A stretch of DNA of 64,000 bases, taken from assembly GCA_035549955.1 (NCBI GenBank), contig DASZPS010000071.1:2840-66839 (forward strand), read 5' to 3'. The position numbers and the translations under genes are program-made. This document shows positions 39,784-47,494 of the stretch, piece by piece; the first letter of the stretch is position 1, and each line of letters opens with the position of its first letter. Origin of the DNA: Lacunisphaera sp. Its GTDB lineage: Bacteria; Verrucomicrobiota; Verrucomicrobiia; Opitutales; Opitutaceae. Under the pieces are notes generated by a model. That model did not search any database. It saw only the letters and a program-made list of their open reading frames with translations, and was not told the origin of the DNA.

Positions 39784-41322
39784 ATGAAAACACCATTACC
39801 CAGTGCGGTTGCCAAAGCCATCTTCCCCAAGCTCGGCCTTTCGCTGCAGGGGCCAAACCCCGGTGTTTTCGCCGGCACCTGGCGAGGTTCGGGCCCGATG
39901 CTGGAAAAACATTCCCCGATCGACGGCTCGCTCATCGGTCGGGTGCGGCAAGCGTCGCCGGCGGACTACGAGCAGGCGGTCACCGCGGCGCACGCCGCCT
40001 TCCTGGAGTGGCGCGACCTGCCGGCGCCGAAACGTGGCGAAGTGGTTCGCCGCTACGGCGAAGCCTTGCGCGGGTTGAAAAAGGAACTGGGCCGGCTCGT
40101 GACGCTGGAGGCAGGCAAGATTCTCGCGGAGGGCGAGGGCGAAGTGCAGGAGATGATCGACATCTGCGATTTCGCCACCGGGCTCTCCCGCCAGCTGCAC
40201 GGCCTGACCATCGCCTCCGAGCGACCGGGCCATCGCATGATGGAGCAGTGGCACCCGCTGGGCGTCGTGGGCATCATTTCGGCTTTCAACTTCCCCGTGG
40301 CCGTCTGGGCCTGGAACAGCGCACTCGCGGCCGTCTGCGGCGACAGCACGCTCTGGAAGCCGTCCGAGAAAACCCCGCTGACCGCCATCGCCTGCATCAA
40401 ACTGGCGGAGAAAGTCTGCCGCGAATGTGGCGTGAATCCCGCGATCTTCTCGCTGGTCATCGGCGACGGGCCGGCAATTGGCGAATTGCTTTCCCACGAT
40501 GTGCGCGTCCCGCTGGTGTCGGCGACGGGTTCAACGCGCATGGGCCGGCGGGTGGGGGAGGTCGTGGCCCGGCGATTCGGCCGGTCGCTCCTCGAACTCG
40601 GCGGCAACAACGCGATCATCGTGACGCCTTCCGCCGACCTGAAGCTGGCGCTCCGGGCCGTCCTCTTTGGCGCGGTCGGCACGGCGGGCCAGCGCTGCAC
40701 GAGCACGCGGCGCCTTTTCGTCCATGAATCGATCCGAAAGAAGTTCACGGCCTCGCTTGTCGCGGCCTACAAGTCGCTGCCCATCGGCTCGCCGCTGGAT
40801 CCGGGCACGCTGGTCGGACCGCTGATCGACGAGGAGGCGGTGCAGCTGATGCATGATGCGCTGGCCCACCTGGAAATGCATGGGGGAAAGGTCCTTTGCG
40901 GCGGCGACCGGCTCACGGGCACCTACGTCAGGCCCTGCCTCGCTGCGGCGCAGAACCGCTGGCCGGTCGTGCAACACGAGACCTTCGCGCCGATCCTCTA
41001 CGTGATGGGTTACCGGAAACTGGCCGACGCCATCGCGTTGCAGAACGCCGTGCCGCAGGGCCTCAGCTCCGCCATTTTCACGACGGATCTGCGGGAGGCG
41101 GAGCAGTTCCTCTCCGCGCGCGGCAGCGACTGCGGCATCGCCAACGTCAACATCGGGACGAGCGGCGCGGAGATCGGCGGCGCGTTCGGCGGCGAGAAGG
41201 AGACCGGTGGTGGCCGCGAGAGCGGCAGCGACGCCTGGAAGGCTTACATGCGGCGGCAGACGGTGACCATCAACTACTCCAACGCCCTGCCGCTGGCCCA
41301 GGGAATCAAATTTGGGGAGTGA
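39784..41322 (+). CDS. Aldehyde dehydrogenase family 7 (alpha-aminoadipic semialdehyde / piperideine-6-carboxylate dehydrogenase-like)
   Basis: It has the ALDH7-type block GEGEVQEMIDICDFATGLSRQL. The catalytic region is ELGGNNAIIV...GTAGQRCTSTRR, with a C-terminal EKETGGGRESGSDAWK. Confidence 0.88.
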   Translation: MKTPLPSAVAKAIFPKLGLSLQGPNPGVFAGTWRGSGPMLEKHSPIDGSLIGRVRQASPADYEQAVTAAHAAFLEWRDLPAPKRGEVVRRYGEALRGLKKELGRLVTLEAGKILAEGEGEVQEMIDICDFATGLSRQLHGLTIASERPGHRMMEQWHPLGVVGIISAFNFPVAVWAWNSALAAVCGDSTLWKPSEKTPLTAIACIKLAEKVCRECGVNPAIFSLVIGDGPAIGELLSHDVRVPLVSATGSTRMGRRVGEVVARRFGRSLLELGGNNAIIVTPSADLKLALRAVLFGAVGTAGQRCTSTRRLFVHESIRKKFTASLVAAYKSLPIGSPLDPGTLVGPLIDEEAVQLMHDALAHLEMHGGKVLCGGDRLTGTYVRPCLAAAQNRWPVVQHETFAPILYVMGYRKLADAIALQNAVPQGLSSAIFTTDLREAEQFLSARGSDCGIANVNIGTSGAEIGGAFGGEKETGGGRESGSDAWKAYMRRQTVTINYSNALPLAQGIKFGE

Positions 41323-41335
41323 GGCGGCGTTTTTT

Positions 41336-41385
41336 GGAGGGTCCAGCTCCCGCTGGACCGCCGCCCAGCGGGAGCTGGGCCCTCC
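41336..41385. terminator. GC-rich stem-loop between convergent genes
   Basis: GGAGGGTCCAGCTCCCGCTGG-N8-CCAGCGGGAGCTGGGCCCTCC has 21-nt arms with 1 mismatch. It is preceded by T6 and starts 14 nt after the ALDH7 stop. Confidence 0.5.
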
Positions 41386-41581
41386 AATCTACTGCGGACG
41401 GGGGACATTGAGCAGCAGTCCCGGAATGCCGTTCTGGTCATCCTCAAGGATGTGATTGTTCCCGACTTTGTCAGCGCCATCGGCCGCAGCCCGCCAGCAG
41501 GACGAGCGCGGCAAAGGCAAAAAGGAGCCGGAGTGACATGGAACCGCGGCGTGCAGGACACACGCCTTCCAGCAAACCGGT

Positions 41582-43090
41582 TCAGCCGCCGCCCTCGGGC
41601 ACGCCGCGACGGATCTTGGCGCGCTCGGGCATCGGCAGCGGGCCGGTGCGCGAGGGCATCGGGGCGTATTTCGGCGACTCGAGGTCTTTGACGAGACTGG
41701 CGATCTTCACTGGCTGTCCGGTCTTGAAACATTCATTTGCGGCGACGCCGATGAGGATCGAGGCGGCGCCGGCATACTGGTTCGAGGCGCGCAGGTATTT
41801 GTCCGGCGGCGCATCGGGCAGGAAGATTTCATCCAGCATCACCTTGTCGCCGCCGCCGTGGCTGCCGGTGCCGGTCCAGGCCTCGAGCTTCCGCGGCGAG
41901 CCGCGCAGCGGGATGACGCGGGTGGTGACGCCACCGTCGGCGATGGCGCCCTGCGAGTCGTCCGAGCTGCCGCCATTGACGTAGATTTGCTCGACTACGG
42001 TATGCTCGAGCCGGCCCTTGGTGCCGTTGAACATCACATGGTAGCCCTCCCAGGCGTTGAAGGCGTTGAGCGAATAGGACATCGTCACGCCATTGTCGTA
42101 GCGAACCATCACGTTCATGGTGTCCTCAATGTCGATCTCCGGCCGCCAGACGCATTGGTCGCGGACATAGCCGTCGTATTTCTCCTGGTCGAGGTACATC
42201 TCCTTCAGGTCGGGATTCCCGGCGAGGTCGAAAAACAGGCCGCAGGCGTCCTTCTCGGGACAGGTGTGGCAGCGGTCGTGGTGCGACTTGAGCCCAAAGC
42301 GTTTCGCCATGGTGGGCGTGTAGAATTCCTTCTTGCCCACGGCCCACACGGTTTCGGGGAACGCGCCGAGCCACCAGTTGGCCAGGTCAAAGTGGTGCGA
42401 GGCCTTGTGCAACATGAGGCCCTGCGAAAATTCCTTGTGGCTGTGCCAGCGGCGGAAGTAGTCGGCGCCGTGCGTCGTATTGAGCATCCAATGGAAATCC
42501 ATCGACAGCACATCGCCGATCTCGCCGCTCATCAGGATGTCCTTCACCTGGGTGCGGGGCGGGGAATACCGGTAGTTGAACGTGACGCGCAGGTGGCGGC
42601 CGGTGCGCTTGACCGCGTCGAGGATGCGCTGGCATTTCGGCGCGGTATTGGTGAGCGGCTTCTCGGTGATCGCGTCGCAGCCGAGCTCCATCGCGCGGAC
42701 AATGTAGTCGTCGTGGGTCGAATCGACGGTGGTGACGATGACGAAGTCCGGCTTCGTCTCCCTGACCATCTTGTCAAAGTCGGTGTGGGCGTAGCCCGGG
42801 GGCGGCGGCGCGCCGTTTTTGGCCGACAGCTTGCGCGCGACCTCGATGCGGCCGGCGTTCAGGTCGCACAGCCCCACGAGCTGGGCGTGCTCCTTGTACG
42901 TCGTCTCGATGGCGTTCTGGTACATCTTATGGCGCGAACCGCAGCCGACGATGGCGAAGCGGCGCCGCGGGGCGACGGCCTGCGCGAAGCCGGCGGGGGC
43001 GGCACCGAGCGCGAGGCCCGCGGCCGAGAGGGTTTTCACGAAGTCACGCCGGTCGAAGCCGGCCTCGGGTTTGCCGTGGGGGGGTAACAT
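41582..43090 (-). CDS. Gfo/Idh/MocA family oxidoreductase with Tat signal
   Basis: It has a twin-arginine motif (FDRRDFVKTLSAAGLALGAA). The Rossmann region is FAIVGCGSRHKMY, and a C-terminal alpha/beta domain follows. Confidence 0.85.
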   Translation of the reverse strand: MLPPHGKPEAGFDRRDFVKTLSAAGLALGAAPAGFAQAVAPRRRFAIVGCGSRHKMYQNAIETTYKEHAQLVGLCDLNAGRIEVARKLSAKNGAPPPPGYAHTDFDKMVRETKPDFVIVTTVDSTHDDYIVRAMELGCDAITEKPLTNTAPKCQRILDAVKRTGRHLRVTFNYRYSPPRTQVKDILMSGEIGDVLSMDFHWMLNTTHGADYFRRWHSHKEFSQGLMLHKASHHFDLANWWLGAFPETVWAVGKKEFYTPTMAKRFGLKSHHDRCHTCPEKDACGLFFDLAGNPDLKEMYLDQEKYDGYVRDQCVWRPEIDIEDTMNVMVRYDNGVTMSYSLNAFNAWEGYHVMFNGTKGRLEHTVVEQIYVNGGSSDDSQGAIADGGVTTRVIPLRGSPRKLEAWTGTGSHGGGDKVMLDEIFLPDAPPDKYLRASNQYAGAASILIGVAANECFKTGQPVKIASLVKDLESPKYAPMPSRTGPLPMPERAKIRRGVPEGGG

Positions 43091-43187
43091 GGTGCAAAAG
43101 CAGTAGCCAGCCGGCCGGCCGGTGCAAGTTCTGGCCGGCGGCTGGCGACCGGACCGTCCGAGTGCGTTGCAGACGTCCGGTGCAGGC

Positions 43188-43631
43188 TTATTTGTCGGCC
43201 GGCGGGACGATCAGCACGGCGCACTTGGTGTGCTTGATGACGCCGCTGGCCGTGCTGCCGACGAGGAAGTCGTAGAGCTTGCCGTGGCCGTGCGAGCCCA
43301 TGATGACGCAATCGGCGTCGGTCTTGGCGATGTGCTCGAGGATCGCGCGCTCGGGCGAACCGATGGCGTCAGCGACCGCGAATTCGATCCCGGCCTGCTG
43401 GAAGACGTCGCCCAGGGCATTCAGCTTTCGCTGGGTGTCCAGCCGGGTGGTTTTCATGGCCTGTTCCACGACGTCGGAGGGCAGGGCATAGTCGCCGGTG
43501 CCGACGACGGGAGGTTGGATGACGTGCAGCAGAGTCACGCGACTCTGGAAAGCCCGGGCGAGGGCGAGCGCGGTTTCGATCACCTTGCCGGAGACCGCGG
43601 AGAAGTCGACGGGGACAAGGAGGGTTTTCAT
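43188..43631 (-). CDS. Universal stress protein (UspA family)
   Basis: It has MKTLLVPVDFS at the N-terminus and GSHGHGKLYDFLVGSTASGVIKHTKCAVLIV at the C-terminus. Confidence 0.9.
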   Translation of the reverse strand: MKTLLVPVDFSAVSGKVIETALALARAFQSRVTLLHVIQPPVVGTGDYALPSDVVEQAMKTTRLDTQRKLNALGDVFQQAGIEFAVADAIGSPERAILEHIAKTDADCVIMGSHGHGKLYDFLVGSTASGVIKHTKCAVLIVPPADK

Positions 43632-43682
43632 GGCGGCAGGATACCACTCCGCGGCGACGCCCGTGCAGCGGAGGTTGCCGGG

Positions 43683-43702
43683 TCTTGCTCATATCTTGCT
43701 CA
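43683..43702. promoter_or_regulatory. Direct repeat TCTTGCTCA-TA-TCTTGCTCA (11-bp register) in the divergent USP/large-protein promoter region
   Basis: Two perfect 9-mers start 11 bp apart. They lie 52 nt from the USP start and 74 nt from the 43776 ATG. Confidence 0.4.
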
Positions 43703-43775
43703 CCGCCGCCAATTCGCGTTTGCGTCACTGCTCAGCGACAGCCGAGAATGGGCCGTTCTTCCTCCTCCCACCCCC

Positions 43776-46541
43776 ATGCACACTTGGAAATTCTTTCGGA
43801 CCGGCGGCCTGGATCAGGTGACCCTCGCGAGCGGCGCCGACCTGCTCGCCCTCGAGCAACTGGATCAGAAACTTTGGGTGGCCCTGAGCTGCCCGGTCAA
43901 GGGCCTGGAGCTGGATGAAGCCACGCTCCGCCTGATTGATGGCGACGGGGACGGGCGCATCCGCGTGCCGGAGCTCCTGGCTGCCATCAAGTGGGCCGCG
44001 CCCCGATTGAAGGACGTCGGTGTCCTGCTCGCCGGCACCGATGGCCTGCCGCTCAGCGCCATCAATGAGGCGACGCCCGAGGGCAAGATCGCCCTCGCCT
44101 CGGCCCGGCAGATCCTGGCGAACCTCGGCAAGAAGAACGCCACCGCCATCATGGTGGCTGACACCAGCAACACCGCGGCGATTTTTTCGGCCAGCGCGCT
44201 GAACGGCGACGGCGTGATCCCGCCCGAAGCCACCGACGATCCCGCCGTGCAGGCGCTGATCAAGGACATCGTGGCGTGCCTCGGGGGCACGGCGGACCGG
44301 ACCGGCTCGACCGGCGTGACGGCGGCGCAGGTCGACACGTTTTTTGCCGAACTCACGGCCTACGCGGCGTGGGTCGGCAGCAGCTCGATCAAGGAAATCG
44401 CCGTGCTCGGCGAGGCGACGGAAGCAGCGGTCGCGGCGATCAAGGCCGTTCGCGCGAAGGTCGACGACTACTTCGGCCGGTGCCGGCTCGCCGCCTTCGA
44501 CACCCGGGCTGCCGCCGCGCTCAACCGCGCCGAGGACGAGTATCTGGCCATCGCGGCCAAGGACTTGAAGATCACGGCGGACGAGGTCGCGGGCTTCCCG
44601 CTCGCGAGCATCGAGGGAGGGCGCCCCTTGCCCCTGTTCGAGGGCGTCAATCCCGCCTGGGTCACGGCCCTGGCCACCCTGCAAAAGGCGGTCGTCACCC
44701 CGGTCTTCGGTCCCGGCCGCGTTGCCCTCGCCGAGGCCGACTGGATCGCGCTCAACACCCGCTTCGCCCCGTATGAAACCTGGCTTGGCAGCAAGGCCGG
44801 CAGCGCGGTTGAAAAGCTCGGCCTGGCCCGCATCAAGGAAATCCTCGCCGGCCCGGGCCGCGAGGCGCTCGCGGAGCTGGTGGCCAAGGACAAGGCCCTC
44901 GAGCCGGAATTCAACGCCATCAGCGACGTCAATCGCCTGACACACTATCACCGCGACCTGCGCACGCTGCTCCACAATTTCGTCAATTTCGCCGATTTCT
45001 ATTCGCCGGACCGACTCGCCGTGTTCCAGGCCGGTACGCTCTATTTCGACAGCCGGAGCACCGAGCTCTGCATCCGGGTCGACGGCCCCAACCCGCTCGC
45101 CGCGATGAGCAAGATGTACATCGCCTACTGCGCCTGCAGCCGCGCCGGGGGCAAGGCCATGAACATCGCCGCCTGCGTCACGCAGGGCGACAGCGATTAC
45201 CTGTTCGTCGGCCGCCACGGTGTTTTCTACGATCGCGCCGGCAACGACTGGGACGCCGCCATCACCGGCATCGTGGACAACCCGATCAGCATCCGGCAGG
45301 CGTTCTGGTCGCCGTACAAGAAATTCATCCGCATGATCGAGGAACAGGTGGCGAAGCGCGCCGCCGCGGCCGAGGCGGCATCCACCGGCAAACTTGCGGC
45401 CGCCGCCGAAACGGCCGCCAACGCCGACAAGGCGAAGCTCGAGCCGCCCAAGAAGATCGACGTCGGCACCGTGGCCGCCTTGGGCGTGGCCGTCGGCGCC
45501 ATCGGCGGCGCGCTCGGCGCGATCGCCACGGGCCTGGCCCGGCTCGCCCTTTGGCAGCTGCCGCTCGTCGTCCTCGGCCTCGTGCTGGTGATTTCGCTGC
45601 CGTCGATGGCCATCGCCTGGCTCAAGCTGCGCCAGCGCACGCTCGGCCCGATCCTGGAGGGCAACGGCTGGGCGGTGAATGGCCGCGTGGCCATCAACAT
45701 TCCCTTTGGCTCCAAGCTCACCGACCTGGCCAGGCTGCCCGCGAACGCGCAGCGTTCGCTCGAGGATCCCTACGAGGACAAGGCCGCCGCCACCCGGCGC
45801 CGGCTGGTCGTTGCGCTGGTGTTGGTGCTCATCGGCGCCGCGGTCTGGGTTCGCTGGGATGCGACGCAACACCGCGATGCGGCCGGCCACCCCCGCTATT
45901 TCTGGCAGGAACGTCCGGCGGTGGAGACGCCGGCGGCCGCGCCGACCCCGGCCGACGCGCCAGCCGCGCCGAAACCGACGACCTCCCGCGATTCCGTCCG
46001 GGAAGATCCGGCGACTGAAGCCGCGCGCGTGGAAGCCCTGCGCGCCCGGCAAAACTCATTGAGGGAGCAGATGACCCGCGTTGAGGCGCAGCTCGACAAT
46101 CCGGACCGGGTTGACCTCCGGCTGCGCAAGGAACGGGAGGCCGCCCGGGTGGCCGGCCTGGAGGCGCAAAAGCAGGAGCTCTGGCGGCAGTACGAGCGGA
46201 TTCGCGAGGAAGACAGGTTGGTGCAATTGCAGCTAAAAGCGGGCATCCCGGCTGATCTCGCGATGGTTAAGGATACGACCGACGGCGGGTCGTTCGCGGC
46301 TCTCCGGGAAAGGGAGAAAGCGCTCTCGCTGCGGATGCAACAGATTGTCTCGCAGGTAACCAGCCTCGACCAAATGGATGCCGAGCTTCGCGAATTGCGG
46401 CAGATCCGGGATCTGGAGGAGCGAAACCGGCACCTGTACTCCATTGCCTTCGAACTTTCCCAGATACACGAGGCATTGAGCGAAGGCCGGGTTTACAGCA
46501 GCAACCTGGGACGGACCCCGGCTGACGCGGAATCGAGGTAG
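43776..46541 (+). CDS. Large uncharacterised membrane protein: EF-hand-like loop + ~640-aa soluble region + 3 TM helices + C-terminal coiled coil
   Basis: 921 aa from ATG 43776. The upstream part of the 43122 ORF is antisense to the USP gene and composition-driven. Features are DGDGDGRIRVPELLAAIKW, hydrophobic helices (VAALGVAVGAIGGALGAIATGL, LPLVVLGLVLVISLPSMAIAWL, LVVALVLVLIGAAVWV), and a heptad-rich Arg/Glu/Leu/Gln C-terminus. Confidence 0.7.
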   Translation: MHTWKFFRTGGLDQVTLASGADLLALEQLDQKLWVALSCPVKGLELDEATLRLIDGDGDGRIRVPELLAAIKWAAPRLKDVGVLLAGTDGLPLSAINEATPEGKIALASARQILANLGKKNATAIMVADTSNTAAIFSASALNGDGVIPPEATDDPAVQALIKDIVACLGGTADRTGSTGVTAAQVDTFFAELTAYAAWVGSSSIKEIAVLGEATEAAVAAIKAVRAKVDDYFGRCRLAAFDTRAAAALNRAEDEYLAIAAKDLKITADEVAGFPLASIEGGRPLPLFEGVNPAWVTALATLQKAVVTPVFGPGRVALAEADWIALNTRFAPYETWLGSKAGSAVEKLGLARIKEILAGPGREALAELVAKDKALEPEFNAISDVNRLTHYHRDLRTLLHNFVNFADFYSPDRLAVFQAGTLYFDSRSTELCIRVDGPNPLAAMSKMYIAYCACSRAGGKAMNIAACVTQGDSDYLFVGRHGVFYDRAGNDWDAAITGIVDNPISIRQAFWSPYKKFIRMIEEQVAKRAAAAEAASTGKLAAAAETAANADKAKLEPPKKIDVGTVAALGVAVGAIGGALGAIATGLARLALWQLPLVVLGLVLVISLPSMAIAWLKLRQRTLGPILEGNGWAVNGRVAINIPFGSKLTDLARLPANAQRSLEDPYEDKAAATRRRLVVALVLVLIGAAVWVRWDATQHRDAAGHPRYFWQERPAVETPAAAPTPADAPAAPKPTTSRDSVREDPATEAARVEALRARQNSLREQMTRVEAQLDNPDRVDLRLRKEREAARVAGLEAQKQELWRQYERIREEDRLVQLQLKAGIPADLAMVKDTTDGGSFAALREREKALSLRMQQIVSQVTSLDQMDAELRELRQIRDLEERNRHLYSIAFELSQIHEALSEGRVYSSNLGRTPADAESR

Positions 46542-46561
46542 CGGGTTCCGGCGGTCCGCCG

Positions 46562-47479
46562 CTACTTCGTCGCTCCCGCCGCGGGAGAGGCGGTTGCGAG
46601 TTGGGTGAACCAAGCCAGCGCCGCCGTGATGTGGTCGGCATGGACTTCATGGCGGCCGGGGAATGATTTCAGTTCCACGTGCACGAAGCCGGTCTTGTGC
46701 AGGCTGTGCAGGACTTGGCCGTGCTGGTTCGGGGTGGCGATCGGGTCATCCAAGCCGCTGCTGAGGAAGACGGGAATTCCCGTCATGGCCTTGGGCGGGA
46801 GTGACAACGACTTCATTGCCCGGGTGAGCGTGTCCTCGTTGCAGCCGGCGAGATAGACGCCGCACGGCGTTTGGCCGGCGTCGGTGGAGACCGCGGCGAG
46901 ATATCCGGAAATTTTGGCGCCGCCGGAGAAGCCGGCGTAGGCCCGGGGCCAGCGCGTCATCCCGGGCCAGTCGTGGCGCAGGTGGTCGAGGGCCGCCAGC
47001 AAGAGGGCGTGGCGCAGGCCAATGCGGTCCTGGGCCGGCTCGACGTCATCCGCAGGGTCCGCCGCCAGGACGACCCAACCGGCGGCAAGCGCCGGGCCGG
47101 CAAATTTGAGCAGGAGCCGGTTGCTCGAGTTGTAACCCCGGTCGGTCGTGGCACTGACAAAAAGAACGGGCCATGGTCGCGCCGGGTTGAACCCCGGGGG
47201 AGTTCCCACGAGACAGCGCGCCTCCCGGATGGGCGAGACACGGCCGTCGCCCGCCAGTTTCCGCATTTCCTCCGTCAAGGGCGCGCGGAATTCGGCCAAC
47301 GGCAGCCTGCTCTCCTGCACGGCCTTGGTCAGGTCGACGGGTTCCCGCGCCGGCCGGTCACGGGCGGTCATCGGCGCCGCGAGCAAGAGCAGCAGAAAAG
47401 GTTTGGCGGGCCCCAAGTGGCGGCAAATTCGCGGCAGGAGAATCGGGTGGGCGGACATGGGAAAGGTTGGGTCACGCAC
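46562..47479 (-). CDS. Secreted alpha/beta hydrolase (esterase/dienelactone-hydrolase-like)
   Basis: It has a signal-like N-terminus, a GxSxG-type elbow (YAGFSGGAKISG), and a conserved Asp/His-containing C-terminus (SSGLDDPIATP, HEVHADH). Confidence 0.6.
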   Translation of the reverse strand: MRDPTFPMSAHPILLPRICRHLGPAKPFLLLLLAAPMTARDRPAREPVDLTKAVQESRLPLAEFRAPLTEEMRKLAGDGRVSPIREARCLVGTPPGFNPARPWPVLFVSATTDRGYNSSNRLLLKFAGPALAAGWVVLAADPADDVEPAQDRIGLRHALLLAALDHLRHDWPGMTRWPRAYAGFSGGAKISGYLAAVSTDAGQTPCGVYLAGCNEDTLTRAMKSLSLPPKAMTGIPVFLSSGLDDPIATPNQHGQVLHSLHKTGFVHVELKSFPGRHEVHADHITAALAWFTQLATASPAAGATK

Positions 47480-47494
47480 GCTGAAGGTGGCGGG

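Noticed and set aside
37124-39856. 910-aa minus-strand ORF spanning three plus-strand genes
   Set aside because: It crosses two intergenic spacers and their hairpins and is antisense to clear saccharopine-DH-like and ALDH7 genes. It has no motifs. It is a high-GC shadow ORF.
41395-41540. Possible small lipoprotein on the minus strand (MSLRLLFAFAALVLLAGC... from ATG at ~41538)
   Set aside because: The lipobox frame stops after 22 codons. A plausible continuation (AADGADKVGNNHILEDDQNGIPG...) needs a 1-nt shift. The ORF is too short and ambiguous to support.
43725-46052. 775-aa minus-strand ORF antisense to the large EF-hand/TM protein; also the 43122-43775 N-terminal extension of the plus-strand ORF
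   Set aside because: The antisense translation is Arg/Gly-rich without TM segments or motifs. The upstream extension of the plus ORF is antisense to a bona fide USP gene, so the start was moved to ATG 43776.
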